From: the human T2T-CHM13v2.0 reference genome, Homo sapiens
Reading direction: 5' to 3' (one strand)
DNA length: 64,000 bases
Assembly (NCBI RefSeq): GCF_009914755.1
Contig: NC_060927.1
Shown here: positions 55,603-64,000 of the stretch, in pieces
Position numbering within the stretch: position 1 is the stretch's first letter
How the letters are laid out: every line of letters begins with the position of its first letter
The notes under the pieces: generated by a model
Database searches by the model: none
Seen by the model: the letters and a program-made list of their open reading frames with translations, nothing else
What the model was told of the DNA's origin: nothing
Position numbers and translations under genes: made by a program

Positions 55603-58284
55603 TTGACTGTCTTTCTTTTAATGATTTTTAAAAATTAGTTGCTCTAGAGATTGTAGTATTTATCTTTAACTTTCACAATTCATTTAAAATTAGTACTGAC
55701 TTAACTCTAGTAAAATACAGCAAATTTGCACCAGTGAAGCTCCATTTTATCTTTCCCCATTCCTTTGTGTTATTAATGTCATACACATAAAATCATCACA
55801 AATAAACTGAACAAACTGTGTTACAATTATTACTTTAAACAATGTTCTGATTTTAAAGAAATTAAGAAAGGATAAGAAAAGGTATATGTACACACATACA
55901 ATCTTTTCATCTACTCAAATATTTCTTGTGATCTACATTTCTTCCTATGGATCCGAGTTACTGTCTGTGTCTTTTCTATCAGCCCAAAGAACTTTCCTTG
56001 TTGTTCCCTGTAGGTAAAGTCAGCTAGCAGTGAATTCTCTCGATTTTTGTTGTGTCTAGGTATGTTTCCCTCTGTGAGTGTATTTGTTGGTGTTCATTGA
56101 GTTCCTTGGGTCTGGATGTAGATGTTTTTCATCAAAATGGAAAGTTTTCAGCCATTATATTTTCCAATGATTTTCTGTCACTTTCTCTCCCCTCCTTTTA
56201 TAATCCCCAATAAACGTGTGCTGGAATTCTTGAAACTGTCTGGTAGATCTCTGGGATTCTATTCCTTTTTTTTCAATCCTTTTTTTCCTTGAGCTTTGGA
56301 TTGCACAGTTTCTATTAATCTATCTTCTAAATTACTGAGTCTTCTGTGAACTGAATTCTGCTGTTGAGTTCACCTAGTGAATTTTTAAAATCTTAATTAT
56401 TATACGTTTCAATTCTAAAATTTCAGTTTGGTGCTTATGTGTGGTTTCTATTTTTATGCTGAAATTTCCATGAATTAACTCATTGATTGGTTATTTCCTT
56501 TCAATTCCTTGAATATATTTCGTTTAATTCTTTCAACAAATTTGTAAATTTGCTTTGAAGTCTTTGCCTGATAAATTCAACATTTGGGCTCCTCAGAGTC
56601 AGTTTCTATGGTCTGTTTTTTTCCTTTTTTTTTTTTTCCTGAGTATGGGTCATACTCTTCTATTTCTTTGCATATCTTGTAATGTATATGTGAAAATTAA
56701 AATTTTAAATAATAGATTGTTACACTTTTGCAATTTTATTTTTCAAAGGTGCACTGGTTTGTGTGTGTGTGTGCATATGTGTGTGTTTGTTTTAGTAACT
56801 TGCTTCAACTTAAAACTACATAATTTCTTTTCCCTACAAAGTGAGGCCAACAGTGCTTCCACTGAGAATTTTTAAACTTATTTCTTAGTCTTGCTTCATT
56901 GAGGCAACCCCTGTGTCTGTATAGTTTAGTGGTCAGCAGACACCTCATTTCCCCAAGCCTTCCCCATCCATTGTCTTCTGAGCTATGTGTGGACTGAAAT
57001 AAAACATTCAAAGTTGTGGCCAGCTTTCATGTCTGCCATGGCTTTCTTTCTTCCATGGGCCTTCTTGGGTTTCTTCCACAACATGCATAGTTTAGCAGAT
57101 AGACAGGGATGTGTGGATAGCTTACCTAAGGCCTGCTAAGTCTCTTACCATTAAATTTGTGTCCGGTGAGCCTTTCCTCCAAAACCAGATCTGCAACTTT
57201 GAACTAGCAAAATTATGGTCTTTGACCATTCATTCCTAATGGAGACTGCCACTTTTAGCCAATAATATATGGGTTTTCACGTGTTACTCTTGCCTGACTC
57301 CAAATCAGGGATGCCACCCTACCAAGCAATGTAGGATAAAGGACAAAGTAGGAGAGAGAGGATGTGAGCAGCCCAGGCTAGAAGGTCTTGTACTACTGCA
57401 TTCTTACCTGAAACTGCAGCAATATTCCAAGAATAAACATTTTACAATTTGTTGTTTGCCTTTGATCAATTTCCAGATAGTTGTTTAAGATATTTCCCCC
57501 CAGTTTTATACTTGTTTTCTGCAAAAGGAAATTCTATAATCTATTCATGCCACTATTACCAGAAGATCATTCTCCTTCTATTTGACTTATATATGAAATT
57601 ATATGTATAATATAATTTTGATTAAAAATGTAGAATATTTGAAGATTATTTCTTTAACATGATAATAGTGATATCTTTTCTACATACCTGTTGTCTCTAT
57701 AATTAAATGTTTGTCCAAATATACATCTATACTGAACCTCTGCCTTGAGCCAAATTGGCATTATGTTCAGTATCGAAACACTAAAAAGATTCCCAATAGT
57801 GAAGAGTTGTCACATTTTAATGAGTAGATCCTTACTATAATATTTTCTCAATTTCATGAGAATTTTCCTGTTTACATGTCTTCTTATGGGGTCAGTTTTG
57901 ATTATTTATATTTTTCTAAGAAATCTTATCTATCAACTAGGTCTTCAAATATATTTGCCTGGAGTTAAACAATGTACACTTATAATCCCGTCAGTTTCCT
58001 TTCTACGTTATTTTCCCATTCTCATTTCTTGTATTGCATATCTGTACTTTCTCCATTGTAACTATACTTGAGTAGCCAATAATTTATCTATTTCAATGCT
58101 GAGGTCTCAAAAATTAGGTCTTTAGATCTATTTATTAGTAGGAATTTTTTATTGTTTTCTAATTTATTATTGCTTTTATCTTGACCAATTAATATATTAA
58201 TTTTCTTTAGATTTTATAGATCTATAACTTATTGAGTTGGGTGCTAGATTTGCTGATTTAATTGTCTTTTAATTATTAACAGTT

Positions 58285-58423
58285 GGCTGGGAGTGGTCGC
58301 TCACAACGGTAATACCTGCACTTGGGGAGGCTGAGGCAGGATGATCACTTGAAGACAAGAGCTTGAGAACAGACTGGGCGACATAATGAAACCCTGTCTC
58401 AAAAAAATATAAATAAAAATAAA
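58285..58423 (+). mobile_element. Alu left monomer (FLAM-like)
   Basis: Monomer with A tail. Confidence 0.8.
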
Positions 58424-58439
58424 GTAAGTTAATAGCTTA

Positions 58440-59886
58440 ACATTGTAACTTTTCTTTTGAACTGTAGTTAAACCACAGCACATAAATTGATAGCACAAAG
58501 TTGTTGCATATACCCTTTATCCAAATACACCAATCATTAGCATTTTCACCCCTTTGCTTTGGGATGAATATATCATTTGCTCTCTCTTCCTCCTTCTTTC
58601 TTTGCACGTATTTTGAAGTTGATTGTAAATTTCAGAAATTGTACTCCTTAATCTCTCAATCCTTAGTATATATTTCCTAAGATCAAATACTTTTTATTTC
58701 ATAACCATTATACTATTATCAAAATAAGAAAATTTAACATTGATATAACATTGTTATCTACTTGTCTGTATTAAAAGTTGGGCAAGTGTCCCAATAATGT
58801 TCTATATAGCTATTTTTCCCCACAGCCCAGGATCCAATGTAAGATTATGCTTTACCTTTACTTGTTGTGTCTCCTTAGTTCGCTTTAATCTGGAACATTT
58901 AATCATTCTTGATCTTGATGTTTTTGAGGGATGTGAGTCAGTTATTTTTGTATTATGCCTTTCAGTTTGGACATGTCTGATACTTCGTGATTGCTTAAAG
59001 TTTGGCAATTTTCACAAGAATACCAGAAAAATACTCGCCAATGCACTGTATCAGGAGATGAGTGATTTTGGTTTGCCCCATTATTGGTAACACTAACTTT
59101 GATACTTAGTTAAGGTTACATCAGTTAGATTTCTCTAGCATGAAGTTAATGGATTTTTTAATTAATAAATAATTTGTAGGAAGACATTTTGATACTAGAT
59201 AAATATCTCTTTGCTTATTAATTATTCACATATTACTTTAGCATCTAATGACAATCTTTTTCTGGATCAGTTACTAATTTGATAGTTGTAAAATGGTAGA
59301 TTTTCTAACTCTAGCATTCCTTTTTCAATTTTTAGTTGGCATTCCATTCTAAGAAATAATTTTCTCTTTTCATTTATTCAGTTGTTTGTTAGTTGGTTTA
59401 CCGAAACGGACTCATTGATTTTTTTTTTCTTAGCATTTTAAAAGTGAGATTTATTGAGGTATACTTTAGAGACAGTAAAAATTCACCTTTTAAAATTTTC
59501 CCCCAAAAGTTTCCTTGTGTTCTTTTGTAGTCAATCTCTATCCCCCAAACTTACTGATCTCATTTCTGTTCTAATTTAATTTCAATTTCTGATTGTTTGT
59601 TGACAGTATTACAAATAAAATCAGTATTTTTGTATATTATTATTGTATCCTGACACTATGCTATACCTGGCAATTAGTTCTAGCAGGTATTTTTTAGGTT
59701 CCCTAGAATCATGTCATCTGTAAGCCGGTTTTTCTTCATTTCTAATTCATATGCATTTAATTTCTTTACTTATTGATTAGGCTAGAACTTCCAGTACAAT
59801 ACTGAATTAAAGTGGTGAGGGTGAATATTCTCACAATATTTTAGGGGGAAAACATTTGGTATTTCACAATTAAAGATGATGTGAGT
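58440..59886 (-). mobile_element. Old L1M (MC/ME-like) 3' UTR and ORF2 fragments; host of the L1PA insertion, resumes 61505-61900
   Basis: Reverse ORF2 sequence ...AGGGGGAAAACATTT...GATGATGTGAGT|TGTAGGGTTTTT...TTGAGGAAGT is contiguous across the insertion. Confidence 0.7.
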
Positions 59887-60810
59887 AATATCCAGAATCT
59901 ACAATGAACTCAAAGAAATTTACAAGAAAAAAACAAACAAGGGCGAAGGATATGAACAGGCACTTCTCAAAAGAAGACATTTATGCAGCCAAAAAACACA
60001 TGAAAAAATGCTCATCATCACTGGCCATCAGAGAAATGCAAATCAAAACCACAATGAGATACCATCTCGCACCAGTTAGAATGGCAATCGTTAAAAAGTC
60101 AGGAAACAACAGGTGCTGGAGAGGATGTGGAGAAATAGGAACACTTTTACACTGTTGGTGGGACTGTAAACTAGTTCAACCACTGTGGAAGTCAGTGTGG
60201 CGATTCCTTAGGGATCTAGAACTAGAAATACCATTTGACCCAGCCATCCCATTACTAGGTATATACCCAAAGGATTATAAATCATGCTGCTATAAAGATA
60301 CATGCACACGTATGTTTATAGCGGCACTATTCACAATAGCAAAGACTTGGAATCAACCTAAATGTCCAACAACGATAGACTGGATTAAGAAAATGTGGCA
60401 CATATACACCATGGAATACTATGCAGCCATAGAAAAATGAAGAGTGCATGTCCTTTGTAGGGACATGGATGAAACTGGAAACCATCATTCTCAGCAAACT
60501 ATCGCAAGGACAAAAAACCAAACACTGCATGTTCTCACTCATAGGTGAGAATTGAACAATGAGAACACATGGACACAGGAAGGGGAACATCACACACCAG
60601 GGCCTGTCATGGGGTGGGCGGAGCGGGGAGGGATAGCATTAGGAGATATACCTATTGCTAAATGACAAGTTAATGGGTACAGCACACCAACATGGCACAT
60701 GTATACATATGTAACAAACCTGCACGTTGTGCACATGTACCCTAAAACTTAAAGTATAATAATAATAAAATTAAAAAATAAATAAATAAATAAATAATAA
60801 AATAAAAAAA
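59887..60810 (+). mobile_element. 5'-truncated L1PA (PA4-like): ORF2 C-terminus, 3' UTR and A-rich tail
   Basis: ORF 59904..60440 is near-canonical ORF2 C-terminus with CCHC knuckle ([18 protein letters not shown]); 3' UTR GCTAAATGAC, GTAACAAACCTGCACGTTGTG, CCCTAAAACTTAAAG. Confidence 0.95.
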
Positions 60811-61489
60811 GAAGTTAAGAGCTGGGGTTCTCACAATATGGCTTGCAGACTACAAGTGTGAACTGAGGAGGTCCCCAAAGTCACTTCTTACTAAGGTAAT
60901 ATTTTGTTTGTTTTTTTTAGAGAGAGGGTGTTGCTCTGTCACCCAGGCTGGAGTGCAGTGTTGCAATCATAGCTCACTGCAGCCTCCACCTCTTTGGTAC
61001 TAGCCATCCTCCCACCTCAGCCTCCCCAGTAGCTAAGAGTATAGGTGTACACAAAGTAATGCTTGATTAAATGTTTTATTGCCTTTTTATTCTAAAAGCT
61101 ATACTTGATCAATATAGAAAATATAAAATAATAAAAACTACAGAAGAAATTTATCAACAATTACCAACTAAAAATAATCACTTAGACATTTCATCACTCT
61201 TGCAATATTTCCATTAATAGTTATTTATCTAGTGGATGGAATATTTTCCATGCTATTTCCTCATTAGTCATGTCTAATATAAAAGGAAGTTCTTGAAATC
61301 CATCTTATATATCGATCCTTTGATTATTTTTTAATAATTTTAATTAAATCATTTGCACTTTCGAAGCAAATTATCTTTTTCTGAAAATTATTTTCTGTCT
61401 ATTGTATACAACATTTCTGTTTCATATCTTATGCATTGGTTGTAAATTCTAGAACAATGTCAAATAAAAATTGTAATACATGACAAAAA
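60811..61489 (+). other. L1 3'-transduced genomic segment (contains reverse Alu monomer ~60905-61050 and old L1 scraps)
   Basis: Lies between the L1 tail and a second A-run; AATAAA 61463-61468; the whole unit is flanked by TSD AAAGATGATGTGAGT (59872-59886 and 61490-61504). Confidence 0.88.
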
Positions 61490-62519
61490 AAAGATGATGT
61501 GAGTTGTAGGGTTTTTTTTGTAAATACTCTGAATTATATTGAGGAAGTCTCTATTCCTAGTTTTCTCAGAGTTTAATTTTTATTTAGTCAGGAACACATA
61601 CTGGGATTTTGCCAAATCATTTTCCTACTATTAAGATGATTACATGTTTTTTGTTTGTTCATTTTTAGTCTGCTAATCTTGTAACTTACATTGATTGATT
61701 TTCTAATATTGGACCACCTTTTTATTCCTGGGATAAACCTCACTCAGTCACTATATATTATCCTTTTATTGCATTGGTAGATTTGACTTGCCAAAATTTT
61801 GTTCAAAATTTTTGCTATCTGTGTTTATGAGGAAAAATTTGTCTGTAGCTATCTCGTCTTGTAATGCCTTTATCTGATTTTGTTATCATGGTAATACGGA
61901 CAACATTAGCATCTAGCACTTACTGAGCATTTCACAGGTACCAGACACTGTTCTAAGTAATTTACATATATTCAAAAACTTTCATTTTGACATAATTCAG
62001 AGTTTTCAAAACAATTGCAAGAATAGTACAAAATATTCTCATAAACCTTTAATTTAGATTCATCAAATACTAACCATTTACAATATTGACCTTATTGTTT
62101 TTTCATTCTCTCTGTCTCTGAGTCTTCTTACTTTAAAAATTCAAACACTGGGAAATTTTTGTATATAGTTTTCATTATTATATCCCTTCTACCAGAATTT
62201 TTGTACAATCTATGGACAAATTTTATTCTTAGCTTTGTTCTACTATGCAGAACCAACTGAATGTTAATTAAGACATCTCAGGTATTCTTCTAAGATCAGT
62301 AAAATTGTCCTGATGAATCTAGTTCAATATATAAAAATAAGTTGCTCTTATTTACTCTTCTGTGCTCTGGAAAATGAGTGTACCTATAACATTTTGAATT
62401 CCATGTTAGGCAGAACAGATGGTAATTATCTAAACTTACGCTCATTCTCTGCACATCTTACTCACATGTTTATCACTCCAAGTCCACTCTCTCTTCTTCT
62501 TTACCCACCTTTGAGCCTT

Positions 62520-62985
62520 GCAAGGACAACTTCTATGGACTGCATCATCAAGGCTGCCTTTTCCTCTGACTGTTGGGTTTGGCCAATGAGGAAAATGGGT
62601 GGAAGAATGGAAGGCAGAGGAGGGCAAAACTGAGATTTTTTTTTTTCTCACAGTTCTCTTGCCAGGTTGTAACATGGCAATGGCTGGTTTTTGTTGTTGT
62701 TGTTTCACTTTTGTTTTTGTTTTTGTTTTTCTGAAAACCATAGCTCCTGTCAGCAGCTCTTCCATAGCTACTTACTGGTTTCCAGTTACTGATAACTCCT
62801 TCAAGACTTTCAAGCCCAGGGGTGGTCATTGGCTCCCTCTATTGTTAACCCAGAGGTGCTTCACTTTCCCTTGTGCTTCCTGCTAGCCCTGCCTGCACCG
62901 TTGTACATGTATTCTCTTCATTTAACTCATTCTACCACCCCCTTGACTGTTAGTGTCTGTTGCCGGCCAGAACCCTGACTGGTGC
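62520..62985. mobile_element. ERVL LTR (LTR33-like)
   Basis: CTCTGACTGTTGGGTTTGGCCAATG...CCCTGCCTGCACC...CCAGAACCCTGACTG. Confidence 0.55.
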
Positions 62986-63967
62986 CTCACTTCTTAGTGT
63001 TCCTGCTTCCACTCAATGCTCCTATTCCCTGGGGTCCTTCAACTAAAATTTCCCTTCTCCTAAAAATAGTTTAGCACCAAGTCTCTTATTTTAATCAAAA
63101 TTAATCTATCACATATCTCATTTGGTAGAGGACTCACTAGAGCTAAACTCATTGTGTAAGCTATTCTGAGGATGCTAATTGTGTCCTAGGGCATTTGAGT
63201 TGTAAGGACTCATTCTTTTTTAATCTTAAGAAAACTATCTCCAACGATAAAAATTGACATTCAGTTGTTACAGTTGATATTATCATGGTGTCCTCAAGTA
63301 AGCCAGGCCCTAAATGTCAGAGGAGGCCAGAAGGTAAGAGCCAGTTCAACAGGAAGAAAAAGTTGCCTGATCCCATGTTTTCTAAAACATATGCTTTATA
63401 ACAGTAATCTTGTAAAATGCTTTAAAAATAAAGGATATTTTTAGTGTTTAATTTTTAAGACTTCTTGTTCTGTAAGGCATGATACTTGTAATAAAAAGAG
63501 AAAAATCTGATGCTAAGTCTATGCATTGTTCTATTGCTTTTAATTTGCTTTTACCTTTTTTGTCTGAATAGTCATGCTTTCTGGAGGACCTTATAGTCTA
63601 AACTCAATGAAAATATAAATACTAATATAGCCTAATCAGAATCAATTGCAACCTCATAATCAATTTTGAATAATTTCACTGTTGAAAATAGCATAATTGA
63701 TAGCCCAGGTGGCCCCTCCACTCCTTTCTCTCATCAAGCTGTTTGCTTACTTTGTACTAGCTTCAGTATGACTAAACAGCAATTCACCAGAATAAATAAA
63801 AATTACAGAGAAGTAAGTAGTGTTTCAATAAAACAAATATTATAAAGAGCCTTTAAAATAAGGGCACAGCTTTTATTCCAATTATAACACTAGTGCATGT
63901 TATTGTAAGTAATTTAAACAATAGCTAAATACATTTGTAAATACAATATCTATTCAACAGCTTGGAA

Positions 63968-63970
<3 letters not shown>

Positions 63971-64000
<30 letters not shown>
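63971..64000. repeat. (CT)n microsatellite running to the window edge
   Basis: Direct inspection. Confidence 0.95.

Noticed and set aside
59904-60440. Longest ORF (178 aa) as a gene
   Set aside because: C-terminus of L1 ORF2p in a 5'-truncated copy with no promoter.
63000-64000. TRAT1 promoter or first exon
   Set aside because: Expected nearby from recalled synteny, but no recognisable TRAT1 sequence is in the window.

Overview
Primate genomic DNA, almost certainly human. The only gene is RETNLB (resistin-like beta / RELM-beta / FIZZ2) on the minus strand at about 20-1700, with three coding exons. This haplotype carries an 8-bp duplication in exon 1 that creates a stop at codon 14. The other ~62 kb lies upstream of RETNLB and is dense in repeats (Alu, L1PA/PB/MA/MC, L2, MIR, MaLR/ERV LTRs, Tigger and hAT elements). 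From memory this is the 3q13 interval running toward TRAT1, but no TRAT1 exon is visible. Nearly all ORFs in the supplied track are repeat-derived or spurious. The best observations are the RETNLB stop allele with a possible downstream re-initiation codon, an L1PA insertion carrying a ~670-bp 3' transduction, a hollowed-out L1MA bounded by intact TSDs, a dispersed 57-bp copy, and candidate enhancer motif clusters. I do not see convincing evidence of a wholly new biological system. Repeat subfamily names come from recalled consensus sequences, and their boundaries are approximate.
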